From: Craspedostauros australis
Taxonomy: Eukaryota
Assembly: GCA_030167865.1 (NCBI GenBank)
Contig: JALAGF010006663.1
Coordinates: forward strand, 1-63,481
Length of the DNA: 63,481 nucleotides
Direction: 5' to 3'
The notes below the pieces were generated by a model that did no database searches, was not told where the DNA came from, and was given only the letters and a program-made list of their open reading frames with translations. Position 1 is the first letter of the stretch. The number at the start of each line of letters is the position of its first letter. Both the position numbers and the translations under genes were made by a program. Below, piece after piece: positions 12,287 to 24,477 of this stretch.

Positions 12287-13402
12287 CTATTTCTTCTTCT
12301 TGTTCCAATCACCCATGAAGTCAACCGCGCACTTGTCATTCGCCCAGTGGTTCCCATTGAGCAGGACATCCGTGGTGATCTTGGTGGCGTGCGATTTGAC
12401 CTTCCCGTCCTTGGTGCCGTCCAACGGCGTCTCCTTGAGCACCTTGTAGTTGAGATCCGACAGGCCGTTCGTCTTCCACGTCTTCTCGTGCTCCTCCAGC
12501 GCCTCCCACTTGACCATGCACTTCCATTGCTTGTGCTGGCGCAGGAACTGCAGCTTCTCGGTGAGATCCATGTCCTCCAGATCCAGCAGCGTCCCCGACT
12601 TGGGGTACTCCCACGTGACGCCCAGCTTCTCGCAGCGCAGCTGCAGCTCGTCGTCCTCGCCGCCCCAGCCCCAGAAGGTGTTGGGGTAGCCGTTGATGCG
12701 CCTGTAGTCCCTGGCCGAGATGGACACCACGCCGCCCATGTACTTGGGGTTGTTGGAGTAGCGCTTCCACACTCTCGCGATGTGGTAGGGCGTCTTGGGG
12801 AAGTGCGCGTAGTCCTCCAGCAGATCGTCCTGCGGCAGCAGATCGACGTCGTGGAAGATGAAGACGTCGTGCTGGCGGCCGCTCTTGCAGGCCAGATCGA
12901 AGCCGATGTTGAGCAGCTTGCCGCGGTTGAACTTGCGCCCGTCGTCCGACTGCTCCATGATGTACACGTGGTGGTCGGCGACCTTGTTGGCCTTGCGCAG
13001 CTTCTGGAAGAACTGGTTCATGTGCGGCACGAATCTGGCCAGGTGCTGCGCGCGCTTCTGTTCCACGTGCAGGTCCCTGTACGGCACTATGATGGCCACG
13101 TTCGTCGCGTCCGCCAGATCCAGCATCGACGCAGCACTGGAGGCCACCCTGCGCTTCTTTGGGGCCGGCTGATGGCCAGCGCTGCCGCCCTTGCCCTTCT
13201 CGCGCTGCCTCGCCTCCTCTGCCCGGCGCTTGGCCTTCAGCGGATCCGCCACCTCCGAAGCCGTGGGGAAGTGCCATTGCGTAGTCTTCGTCGCCGAGTG
13301 GCTGTAGAAGTAGCGCTGCTGCGATCGGCTGTACCCACGCACCCAACCCTTCGGCAGCGGCATGTCATCCTTCGCTGCGTTCCCACCGTTGTTATCGCTC
13401 AT
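12287..13402 (-). CDS. WW domain + glycosyltransferase family 7 (beta-1,4-galactosyltransferase-like) protein, 371 aa
   Basis: WW: LPKGWVRGYSRSQQRYFYSHSATKTTQWHFP. GT7: IIVPYRD, FNRGKLLNIGF, FHDVDLLP (DxD), YMGGV, NGYPNTFWGWGGEDDE. Very strong codon bias. Confidence 0.92.
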   Translation of the reverse strand: MSDNNGGNAAKDDMPLPKGWVRGYSRSQQRYFYSHSATKTTQWHFPTASEVADPLKAKRRAEEARQREKGKGGSAGHQPAPKKRRVASSAASMLDLADATNVAIIVPYRDLHVEQKRAQHLARFVPHMNQFFQKLRKANKVADHHVYIMEQSDDGRKFNRGKLLNIGFDLACKSGRQHDVFIFHDVDLLPQDDLLEDYAHFPKTPYHIARVWKRYSNNPKYMGGVVSISARDYRRINGYPNTFWGWGGEDDELQLRCEKLGVTWEYPKSGTLLDLEDMDLTEKLQFLRQHKQWKCMVKWEALEEHEKTWKTNGLSDLNYKVLKETPLDGTKDGKVKSHATKITTDVLLNGNHWANDKCAVDFMGDWNKKKK

Positions 13403-13925
13403 CTTCGCACCTCTACTATTCTTGAGTGGAGTATGTAGAATAGAATATTATTATAGAATAGAATAGATAATATGATAATGCACTCCCCAGGTTCAATGGC
13501 GCGATCTTCCTCTCTCTCTTGCTCTTCCTTACTCTTCGTTGTGTTTGCGTTGTGATCGCGTGTGCTTGTTTCTTGCTAAACAAGTGTTCGCATGCACGGC
13601 TGCGCAACAAAATCTTCCGTGTGAGATGGAGAGATCAAAGTGGTCGACCAAGCACGCAGTCCACGTTTGCACACAAACATGAATCGTGCACACACTGCGA
13701 TAAACTGCTGCGGAAGCCAATACCAATACCAATACTCTGCACCACTCTACTCCAATATTTACATCGGTACGTGCGAGCGCTCTACCATACTCGCACATAG
13801 TGCCATACATAAATCGCAAGACTTCGTTATTACTCTACTCCATGAGAAAACCATGACACAAGGATGGTACTCCTCTGTGGCTGGAGCAATCCGTTATTTG
13901 CTTGCGTCACGGGGAAGTCAATCGC

Positions 13926-15689
13926 TCAGCCTGGAGCTGATGGTTTCTCGCATTTTTGGAAGAGACCGCTCATGTCGACTCGCACCGTGCAATTTGTGAC
14001 GGATGGCGTGGCGTGCAACTGTTCTGGGGTCGGTGGAGACCCTGCCCGCGATGCGTTCCCGTCGTTTTCGCACGTCGCTGGCTCGGATTGCGCTTGCGAT
14101 TGTGGGCTTGGGGTTTCTGTGCTCGCGAGCGCTGAGATGCAAGTATCTAATGATACTGATGCTGGTACGTTGATGCTCGGATTTGGACCATCACACTGCT
14201 CGGCTGTCGTGCAACTTGCATCAGAGCATTCTGAAAACGCCGAGCGGGCCGACGGATTCGTGGCGGTTCGGGACGTGTCATCGAATCTAGAACTTGGCTT
14301 GTCGCTTGGATTCTTCTTCCAGTTGCTCAATTTGTGTCGACCCGAGTCGGGAACTGCTGATTTGATGATCACGACCACGCGCCCGCTCATCGTGACACAG
14401 TTCGAGATCTTCGTCGACATCCTCGTTGTCGTGGCATTGCCTTGGCGTCGTCTCCGATGCGGGGGCGTTCTCTTCCTTCCCTCATTCGTGCGAGTTGCCG
14501 ACCGGCCCACTATAATGCGACGATGCTTTGTTCAAGGCGTCAGAAGAGTGGAATCCCAGTGGCAACCGACTTGAATCGCTGTGTCGTTCGACGTGCTTGG
14601 ACTTATTCTGGAAGCCGAAGATGTTCGGATGGCCAGAGGAATAATCCGCAGATGCTGGTGCATCTTCGTCGATGGCATCCTTCTTGTCAACCGGGCGGCA
14701 TGCCCACCGACCGCAGCAGAAGAAACAGCAGCTGCAACAGCAGAAACACCATCATTCACGAAACAACGACTTCACAGCAGCCCCGACATCTGGCTTGAGC
14801 GTCATGAGTGCGGCGCAGATACCACCGGTGGAATGTACCCAGATACCAATGGCAAACATCATCCAGGGATGCAACCCTCGGTACAAGAACAGCGAGAAGA
14901 GTAATGGTGTCCAGCATATGAAGTAGACGACCGTCAGCCGCAGGAAGTACAGCGTGATGAATCGTCGTTTGCCGGCCGGTGGCAGCAGCTTGCGCCAGTA
15001 AATGTCGAGGCTCACGCCCAAAATACACAGCGTAGGCCCCAGCAGCGATTTAGGAAGGAAGAACAAGAACCAGAAGTAATTGGCCTGTGTCGAGACTGGA
15101 ATGGCAGGCAGACGAATCCGAATAGGACATCCACGTCGTGGAGGCCCTCTAGCGCGTCGATGTAGATCCACAGCGACAGGAACAAGGCGTACCCGTACAC
15201 GAGGATGGATTGGATGCACACAGACCTGAGCGTCGGCGGGATGTATCTGGCGCCGCGATGGGAGAAGCGGAGAAGTTTGTGCACCTGATGGGTCGTGAGA
15301 ACGTTGATTCCGTTGTTGGCGATGAAGCTGAACATCAGTTAGGCGGCCTGGAAGCGGCACATGTGCGGCGACCAGCATTCTCCCTTCAGCGAGCAGAGGA
15401 TGCACGTCACGAAGCAGCAGACGCTGAGTGTGAAATCTGGCAGCATCAGGAACAGCAGGTACGTGTTGAAGGGATTCTTGCGTGTCTTGGCGCAGCGTAA
15501 GATGGCCAGAATGACGGTGATCACGACGATGCTGTTGATGAAGTTGATGGCGCTTTGGATGGACCACATAACAACGAGGGCATCATCAGAGGGAGCTGCC
15601 AGGGCCTGGATGCATCGCGGTGCATCGCCGTCGACCTCCCAACGGCGGATCCTGGGTTGGCCAAGTGGCACATCGTCTAATTCCGACAT
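13926..15689 (-). pseudogene. Disrupted 7-transmembrane (rhodopsin-like GPCR-type) receptor gene
   Basis: Consecutive TM segments (NPFNTYLLFLMLPD, MCRFQ, YFLRLTVVYFICWTP, LMTLKPDV) are split by an in-frame TAA at 15339-15341, a 1-nt frameshift near 15095 and a TGA at 14752-14754 just before a Cys-rich tail. The extent of the C-terminal tail (to ~13926) is uncertain. Confidence 0.7.
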
Positions 15690-15929
15690 CAATTCTGTGC
15701 CGTAGATCGAAGTTGTTATTGCTGTTGCTGCTGTTCCTGTTGTTGGTGATGATAGTAGAGAATTTTAAGTCAGTGGTGGCAACGTCGGTCAATTGTGGCC
15801 TTGTTGTGCGAGTGTGCCAGTCTGAGCACAGGTATGAATGTGAGCGCGCTCAATTGGTGTGGTCTGACACGAGTGTGCATACCCTGCTCAACTATCAGTA
15901 CTACTACAGTTTGTGTAGGTAGCACCTAC

Positions 15930-15993
15930 ACCATGCTCGTACCATGCTCGTACCATGCTCGTACCATGCTCGTACCATGCTCGTACCATGCTC
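15930..15993. repeat. Tandem repeat, 11-bp unit ACCATGCTCGT, ~5.8 perfect copies
   Basis: Read directly; no spacers between units. Confidence 0.95.
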
Positions 15994-18900
15994 AACTAGT
16001 GGTGTTTGCAGATCAGTGCTTGTCGTGATGCATGGGAACAACCTGGAAGATCTGACATTTTCGGCAGCGACGTCCTGTGCAGGCGCCACCAGAACAAATC
16101 ACGACTGGTTTGAGACGAGTATGCACGTACATCAATGTACGTACGCACAAGCGATATGAAAGCAGAATAAATGAGGATCCTCGTGATGTGAATCCTTCTT
16201 GCGGAGGGTACATGCGGGGAGACATTGCATGAAACGTGCACAAAGAACCAACCGTGTCCATCACATGAGGCCTGGTGGCGCGTGGACCTATTTGGCCCCA
16301 AAAGGGTGATCCACCTACTCCATACTGCACTCCGCATGGTCATGGCCCATGAATAATACGAGGACACGTAGACCCAGGAACATCAAGTTTGTATTATATA
16401 ATCGATCGTACGAGTAAGTCGTCGAATCCAACACCCATCACCATCTCTCGCATCGTCACCACCTTCAGGCACTGGCGCCGAAATCAAGTATTGTATTATA
16501 CAAACGCATCAGCCCAAACATCTGAACTTCTCGAAATCAGAAATATTCGTCCTTGCGCTCGTCTTTGCGCACGTGCGAATTCGGCATGGGTGGCTGTTTC
16601 CCTAATTTCGTTGTTGGTCGCCCTCATCTGTCGCACCGCCGAGGATGGAAACGTTTGAGTGTGTTGAGGTTGTCTCTGGCTCCGAACGATTATGGCAGTG
16701 GAGCAGAGTATGAATGCCAACGAAGGCTCGGGCATCAAGCACGAGCAGTTCTGTACGGCTGTGAAGTGGGAAATCTGTCATCAGTGCATGTCTGATGATG
16801 CACTTCAACCACGTGATCGGGCCATCGCAATACCGTCTGCAGAGAGTTATCGCTTGTAACTGGAGGTGGTTGCGTGGCTCATAGTTTCATAGTATCGGCC
16901 TCTGAGCCAATCAGACCACGCTATTCTGATCTCAGGATACATATGAAGTGGGGGTGACCAGGATTGAAACGTGCGTATAACGTCAATCTAAACAATTCTG
17001 AAATCCAGGCGTTGAGCGTCGAACGCCCCCGAAAGTGCGTTCATCATTCGACCAGTGTCTCGTGACTCGAGGGGAGGCCGAATTTTTCGGAAACCATTGG
17101 ACAAATTCGGTATTTAGTCGCATGAGTCATGTTCTCTATAGACGCTGGTACATTTTGTACGTCAGGCCCACACGAAGCGGCCAACAAACACCTTTTCCGC
17201 CACAAACCTCCTCGGAAAGTCCATGCCGCTCCGTTCGTTTGGAATCTCCTTTTGTGAGCACTCTCAAATGTGGCTTGTCATCACCCTCTCCAACTTTGGT
17301 GGCGATTGGTTGGGGAGTTGTCGAGATTTGCTTGTTGCTCCACACCAGTCGCACCATTCCATTCTGTCGAATCCGTAGCCTCGCCATCATCCATCGTAAT
17401 CATAAGCACGAGTGGAGGAGATGGAACACGCGTGGTCTAACTGAGATGCCAGCTTCATGCTCGCAGTCGTGTTCAGGTCCGTGTTGAGGCTCGCATCTGC
17501 ACCAGAACTGGGCACTGGTGCGCCCGAATCGGTCGGTACCAACGAAGGCACATATAGTTCCTGCTATTCCGTCCCTCCTTCGTGCAATGCAAGTATGGCA
17601 CCGTATCACGATTCCAGACATGAGCGTACTCGTCTGATGCGCGGGCGCGCCATAATCTGAAGATTGTGCAGGTTGGAGGCTCACGTATGGCACTCTCTCT
17701 GTCTCTCAAGAGGGAGCGAGGGAGTGGAGGGCACAAATGGTTCTTGAGTCGATCGCATGATGCCGCATGGATGTTTCTGGTGGACGGAGTGCTGGGACGA
17801 ACAAGCGCAGAGCAGAATCGGCAGGAGCAGAACGCTCTACTCCCCCGCTTGAAGAGAGAGAGTTGAATTGAATAGAGTAGAGCACACTACACTAAACTAC
17901 ATTTCACTAAACTACATTTCACTGCTCTACTCTACTCGACACTACTCTACACTACTTTGCTCTGGTTGAGTTTGAGCACAGTGGATGTGAGACGATCAAC
18001 GTGATCCATCGCAGATTCCGTGTGTTGCTTGTGTTGCTTTCAAGGAGTATACGTGCATGATGGGACACCAAAAGACAGAAGCTGGTACGAGGAATGGTGA
18101 CGTCGGTGTTGGCGAGGGTGAATGCAGAGCTGGCGAAGTCGGAGCAGCAAAACACGCCATCGTGAGCTGAGGGCAATGGTGGTCGCCTGTGACTGGCCTG
18201 ACGACACGCAGTGTTCTTTTTGTGTACCATTCGCGCTGATTTTGTTCCTTCTCCAATTCGCGTTTTTGTCACCCCTCTCGCCAAGAGAGGCGCCGGTTTG
18301 TGAGAGATTTGCGTTTGTGCGGCAATACACCAAGCAACGCAAGTCCACGACACGTTCGTTGCTACGAGTGAAGCGTAGGCCACAATGGGACATCGTGGCA
18401 CAACAGATGGCGAAACCACCCCACAGAAAGAAAGCGAAAAATTGGCATGAGTGCGCGCGACCCACTTCCAGCAATACTCGTACGGCTCCCAATGGACTCA
18501 TAAACGCCCGACTCGCGTCACGCTCTGCACCAAGGTCTCTCCCCTCGCCTGCCTCCGGCTGCATGATAGGAACAGTACAGCTGCGAGCGCCTTCATCAGC
18601 ATCAACACCGGCTTGCAACTGACAGGAGGACTTCATACGCACAAAGTGACCAATCAGTCATATAATACTTCTCGTTGTGTGGTACGGGCTCCGCACGGTA
18701 CGGACGCCAGCACTCGTGCCTGAACTCACTCAACATACACACTGAGCGTCGCCAATCTGCGCAACAACGCTGACGATCCCTTCCCAGCTGCATGACGCCC
18801 AACCGCAAGCAGAGAACCTTCCGATCTGAATACCATTGCAGACACTCCGCAGCGCATTCATCAAGGTGAGATACACGAGGCTGCACAGTCAGCGACGAGC

Positions 18901-19349
18901 TATGTACACCTATCCCCGCCGGCAGGATCCCATTTGATTCAAGCGCACATCGCTGCTCCTCGCGGGAGTACTCGTTTGAACATGGTGGCGTCCGAGGATG
19001 CCAAATGGGCATCTTGCAGCCAGCAATCCAGCGCTCTGTGCATCTTGGGAGCTGAAGTGATGCTGGCTTGGTACGAGTACACAACGATGAATGGATCCCA
19101 ACCTCAGAAAAGTCATTCTATCATCACGCTATCACTTCCATGATCCCGCGACGCCTTCATCAAGCAGCAAAAGACCCCCATCAGATCTGCTCGTACTTTG
19201 CCAACTATTTCAGAGTCGGGCCTCCGATGGGGCTGCGAAGATGGCTGGGCGTCCCTCTTCTCATCTCAAATGCATACATGCATGGATGGATGGATACGTT
19301 AAACCAGTGAATGGATGGATCAATGAATCCATCCATCAACACTACACCG

Positions 19350-19380
<31 letters not shown>

Positions 19381-19632
19381 ACAGAGCAGGCAAATGCGCG
19401 TACGCTCATAACAACGACGAACTTTCGCATGCTGTGTGAAATGTCTCACTTGTATGAACCAAAGAGTCCTGTGATCGTGCCGTCCCTGACACATACAATA
19501 CTTTGTGACCAATATCTGATTGCACCCCTCTCCACCTATTGTATTATACTTCGTGTGCTTTTCTGGACGTGGATCGGGGTCGTACCACATCTCGTCGTCT
19601 CGCTTCACATCAACTTCTATGGTTTGGGCTGA

Positions 19633-21378
19633 ATGCGGTACTTCGTCATCTCTTTCGACGTCCGTGTCCGCATCTCACCAGGCGCTCATAGTATGGCAGG
19701 CGCTGCATCATCACGCTCCCAGCCACCCCAGCACATTCCGACAAGTGCCAGCATGGAGTGCCTGAAGTACTCCCTGGAACAAGCGCAGAAAGAAGACCAA
19801 TTTGAGCCACCTCGACGGTGCTCCAACTCCGCAGACGGCATCTCATTCCCGTGGCGTCTCCATGAAGTGCTCGAAGCAGCAGAGCAGGAAGGATTCAGCC
19901 ACATCGTCAGCTGGCTTCCGGGGAATACCTCCTTCAGAGTTCGGAACATCAAGGCGTTCGAGGAACATGTCATCCCGCGGTACCTTTCCAGCATGACGGT
20001 GTATAAGTCCTTCGTCCGGCAGCTAAACCTGTACTGCTTCATCCGCGTTCCGAAGGGGCCCGCTCGAGGATCCTACCACCATCCACAGTTCTTGAGACAT
20101 CGCAAGAGCCTTTGCAACAAGATGGCATTGAAGAAGATCAAGGGTGTTCGATCAGCCTGCAAATCGAAGCAGGCAGGTCATTGCAAACAAAGGGGTGGTG
20201 CACAGACGCGTGATGGGATCGCGCGACAATCTCCTGCACCCAAGGTTGCTGGCGCTACAGAAACACCAACTGCGGAGACAGCACTCGCGGGATCCAATCA
20301 CCATGGGGAAAATCACACTGCTGCTGCTGCTGCTGCTTGCCACGCGAACATGCATGAGCGGCAGTTGGTAGCAACTTCAATACGTTCCCACGATGGTGGC
20401 AATCCAAGCCTCATTCGCCCCGATCCCAACATGCTAGTCGCATCTATGTCCTCGACAAATGAAGCGATGAGTCCTGAAATGGATCGAACCAGGTATACTG
20501 GTTCCATTGAACCGAGTACAAACGGTCACGATAGCGTCGGGTTTCCAGAACAAGCGATTACCCACGCCGTCGTTGGGGCCAGCGAAGCCGACCATGCCTT
20601 CTTCACCAGCCTTCCTATTTCTTCGCTCTCATCTTACCAACCCAATGCCATTCCTTCATCAGTAACGTCCGCACCGTCTGCGATTGATGCACCCGAGAGC
20701 GTTGCCTCTCGATTCCACGCAGACGAACTTGGCAGAATATGCCAACGGCTCAGCATCCCGGGTTCTTCTCCCACGGGATTACTACCCAATGGTTCACAAG
20801 ACAAGCCTACAGCGTCTCGATTTGATGCCTTACGTCTCCACACAATGGAGCCACGGCATTTCCTTCGTCACGGCATACAGGCATCAAACCTGCGAAATGG
20901 GATCACTCCAACTCGTACAGAGTCTGGACCTTCTGCCACGGCCGCATTGGATCCTTGCGCCGGCCACAATCTCGTTTATTCCGGACATGGTCGGGCCCGC
21001 ACGATATTCATCGAACACAGACTACCGGTCTCATGTGCGTCGATTCCACCCAGCACCATGCCTGCAATGGCGGCGGCTATTGATCCTGCGAGATTGCTCG
21101 GAAACGGAATGCGCCTCCCAGGCATCAATAGCAGGAGTAGCAACAACAGAGGTATTGCTGCTGCTGCTGCCGCCACCGCTGCTGCTGCTTCATTGCAAGA
21201 TCATCGGGCACTGTCTCGTCCAATCAGCCATATGATGGCGATGTTGGAGCCAACGCCCTTCCCGCCAAATTATTCGATCAAGCGGTCCAGAAGACGGTCC
21301 GGATCTCCTACTGGCCATGTGCTGTACGCAACGCCATCGAACCTCTCCGATCGATCACAGGAAGATGTAAATGCCTGA
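19633..21378 (+). CDS. Heat-shock factor (HSF DNA-binding domain) transcription factor
   Basis: HSF DBD motifs FPWRLHEVLE, IVSWLPGNTSFRV, IPRYL, YKSFVRQLNLYCFIRV, SYHHPQFLR, followed by a low-complexity tail. The true start may be ATG 19693 or 19753. Confidence 0.9.
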   Translation: MRYFVISFDVRVRISPGAHSMAGAASSRSQPPQHIPTSASMECLKYSLEQAQKEDQFEPPRRCSNSADGISFPWRLHEVLEAAEQEGFSHIVSWLPGNTSFRVRNIKAFEEHVIPRYLSSMTVYKSFVRQLNLYCFIRVPKGPARGSYHHPQFLRHRKSLCNKMALKKIKGVRSACKSKQAGHCKQRGGAQTRDGIARQSPAPKVAGATETPTAETALAGSNHHGENHTAAAAAACHANMHERQLVATSIRSHDGGNPSLIRPDPNMLVASMSSTNEAMSPEMDRTRYTGSIEPSTNGHDSVGFPEQAITHAVVGASEADHAFFTSLPISSLSSYQPNAIPSSVTSAPSAIDAPESVASRFHADELGRICQRLSIPGSSPTGLLPNGSQDKPTASRFDALRLHTMEPRHFLRHGIQASNLRNGITPTRTESGPSATAALDPCAGHNLVYSGHGRARTIFIEHRLPVSCASIPPSTMPAMAAAIDPARLLGNGMRLPGINSRSSNNRGIAAAAAATAAAASLQDHRALSRPISHMMAMLEPTPFPPNYSIKRSRRRSGSPTGHVLYATPSNLSDRSQEDVNA

Positions 21379-22402
21379 GCAGACATCTGAGCCGCTGTCA
21401 TAGATTAGATGCCAGCACAAATTGCGATGATGTCACGAACCATTCTTGGTCTGATCGTCGGATAGGGAGAAGGATGGACGAGATGAGGCGAGCGTGTCAT
21501 CGGTATGTACGAGTGGGTATTGTGTTGTAACATGGTTTCAGTAGGTCGTACTCTCCTCAAATCAAGTCATTTTCGGTCTCGTCAATTGAACGCACGATGC
21601 TCTTGGGTTAGATCGGTTGGGAAGGTTGTTTTGTATGAATGTATGTGCGTCCTTCACAATGGTCCACTCGTCTTAGTAGTTGTATCACATGTCTTGTGCA
21701 ATGCAACACGCTCTGTGGGTTCGTTCGTCGGTCGCCTTCATCCAATCCGAAGATTCCGAGGAAATTGATTGTTTGACAGTCAGAGCACATCACGGTTCGA
21801 CACACACAGTACCTGCTCAAAGAGCACTGATTAAATGGTTGCCGCGGCGCCGACCGTCATGGCAGCATCATCGTGCCATGCCGTGCGTTGGTCTCGCACT
21901 GGCACTGGCATCGGTAGCAGCGCAATTCTCGCTCCCCCACCACAAGGCAGTATAAGTATGAAAGGAGAGTAGTGGAGTATTTGCGTTCCGGAAACAGGAG
22001 ACCTCATCCATTCCAGCTCCAGGATCACGAAGGTCTCGAAGTCATGGCGTCCCCCTCGGCATCGGCCGCGACCCAAACCACTCTCAACAAACAAGAATCG
22101 GGTCGACACGAATGCTGTACTCGACTCTACAACGAATCGTAGTACGAGTGATCCTCCCATGGTATTATACTGCTGAGTCGATCTCATTGAGACACAATCG
22201 TGGCACAGCGAGAGCATACGAAAAGCTCACAAAGTACGAGTATTCTCTCCTAGTAGAAGGCTTGACTTGCGAGTATTGCCTATTATATGCGACGCAGACT
22301 TAATCTACCTTTCACACTGCTACTGATCATGTACCACGATCACTCTTGGGTCATTGCCACAGCAACAGCCAATACGAGCCACAGCGGAGTGTTCTTGCTC
22401 CG

Positions 22403-22435
<33 letters not shown>

Positions 22436-24404
22436 GACGAGTGTGAGTGATGTGCAAATCACTACATGCGAATTGACCACTTGCGGAACATCGTTTTCCA
22501 TCAGGACCTCACTCATTTGTTTGCCACAGGCGGTTCTTCGTGGCTGTACTGGAACGCGTACCTCAGAAGACCTTGGGTGAGCAGAGAGAGTATACACGTC
22601 CGTCGACCGATGAGACTTTGGCATCTCGCGAAGTCAAATTTTGCCTTCTCCTGCGTTTTGCGAATAGTTGTCCAACACGTAAAGGCAGAGAAAAGAGAGG
22701 AAGATTATTGGCAAGGCAGCTATTGCCGCCCGTCATGGTTCTCCCCTGACGAGCCAACAGTTAGTGCAGCCGTCCCTTAGATTACCATCTTTGGCCGGGA
22801 TTGTTTGTGGAGGTCGCGGCAGGTGAAAGTGCAAGCGAGATAGCCAGAGAGTACGTCGGCGCACTGGTAAACTTGCAATAGTGTGGTAGATGCGTGGCCT
22901 TGTAAATGCCAGGCCTCGCGCGGATGAAAAATACCGCGGGGTTCCGTGTTGGATGACCACAGAAGCATCCCCAGAAAGAAGAAAGCAATGGCCGTCACGG
23001 TCGAGGTTGGACATCGACCCAAAAGCGCACTTTGCTTCACAGAAGGGGCGCTTTACCACCTAGCGAAGAAGTTTCACCTCCACGTGTGTGGCCATGGCCT
23101 CTCCTCCTCCTCCTTTGGCTATGTGTGGTACGTGGGAGCAATGGGACTTTGCCAGGACGGACGCGTTGAACCTCACAAACATCGTAGAGAACAGGGAGGT
23201 GGAGGCATTGGTGTGGCAAAATAGTGAGGTGAAGCAGGAGAACCGCCTGCGGCCGCGCCTTCGGCAGCGCGCGAACTTTGTGCGAGACTTGGTCGAACAC
23301 CTGAGAAACCTTGGTGGCGTCAATGGGAACTTTGGCACATTCACGTCTCCACATCGACGTCGTAGAATACTGATATCTGCGATCCCTACTGCGACCGCAC
23401 GTAGCCGCCTGTACGTGTGCGGCGTAGCAAAGTACTCGCGCGTAGAAAATGACGAAGTGGGTAGCGGTGTGACTTGTTTTGGCGAATGGTGTTTATTGGA
23501 AGAAACTTGCCCTCTTCTCCCACGCTGCAAAAGCCTGTCCCTGTCCCAGTTCCCATTCGCGCCTGGGCAATCATCTTGATTTGGGCATCACAACCTGTAC
23601 CAGAGCCACGACGCGATTGTGCAAGGAATGGCACAGCGCGGGAACAAGCTTCACCTGTTATTGTTGTGTCGAAGACGACTCCTGCCCATTTGCGACAATG
23701 GCGATCAGCGAATGTGATCCTATCTGTGCGAACGGATCATGGCTGCGTCCTACTACTCTATACACCAACATCAGTGATCTTGCTGCGAGCAATGGATTGC
23801 TTCGTGGTTTTGCCTCACACGATCTTGTGACAGGTGTCCTCTACGACCTAATCGCGCGGCATGGGATGGCACAACGCAACTCGCGACCTCGATGGACATT
23901 GCCTCGTCGGTGCAGGGTTGGGCCGTGTTCCTACATGAACGTACTATTATATAATACCTCCCAACAGTTCCGGTACGACCACGACCACGACCACGGCGAT
24001 GAAGGTTTGGAGGGTTCATCCACTCTACAATTAAGCACAGCGTCCGAATGGAGCGAATAATTGAGCAGAGGAGAAGTTCATGTGGTATCCCGATACGAGT
24101 AGGTCGTAAAGTACTTACGAATTATACTCAAGAGAACATTCTGCTCTACACGGCACTCTACGTGTGCTATTGTTGGCCTGGTTGCTTCGTGCCTATCGAC
24201 GACCTAAACCATGAACGAAAGAGCAATTGGGTACTGTTGTCTGCGCGAAGTCATACTTCTCTACTGGGATGGTGCAGTTTGTCAACACTTCGATGGCAAA
24301 GGAGCACAAAGCGGGCATGTCGGCAGCTTGGGGGATGGAGATGATTGACGTCTTGGTGTGGTGCACCATCTCATCTTCTGCTGCGTGGGAGCGTCAATGT
24401 CACT

Positions 24405-24477
24405 CTCATGCGCTGACCTCATGCGCTGACCTCATGCACTAATCTCATGCACTAATCTCATGCACTAATCTCACGCG
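24405..24477. repeat. Tandem repeat, 13-bp unit CTCATGC(G/A)CT(GAC/AAT), 5+ copies, overlapping the stop of the ankyrin gene
   Basis: Two copies of ctcatgcgctgac, then three of ctcatgcactaat, then partial ctcacgcg. Confidence 0.9.

Noticed and set aside
15930..15993. CRISPR-like or telomeric array
   Set aside because: Units are contiguous with no spacers, no cas genes are present, the context is eukaryotic, and the unit is not TTAGGG-like.
16000..19600. Numerous short ORFs here and in 9000-10700, 39600-41100, 45000-47500 and 57000-58700
   Set aside because: No recognisable motifs or codon bias; expected by chance at this GC content.
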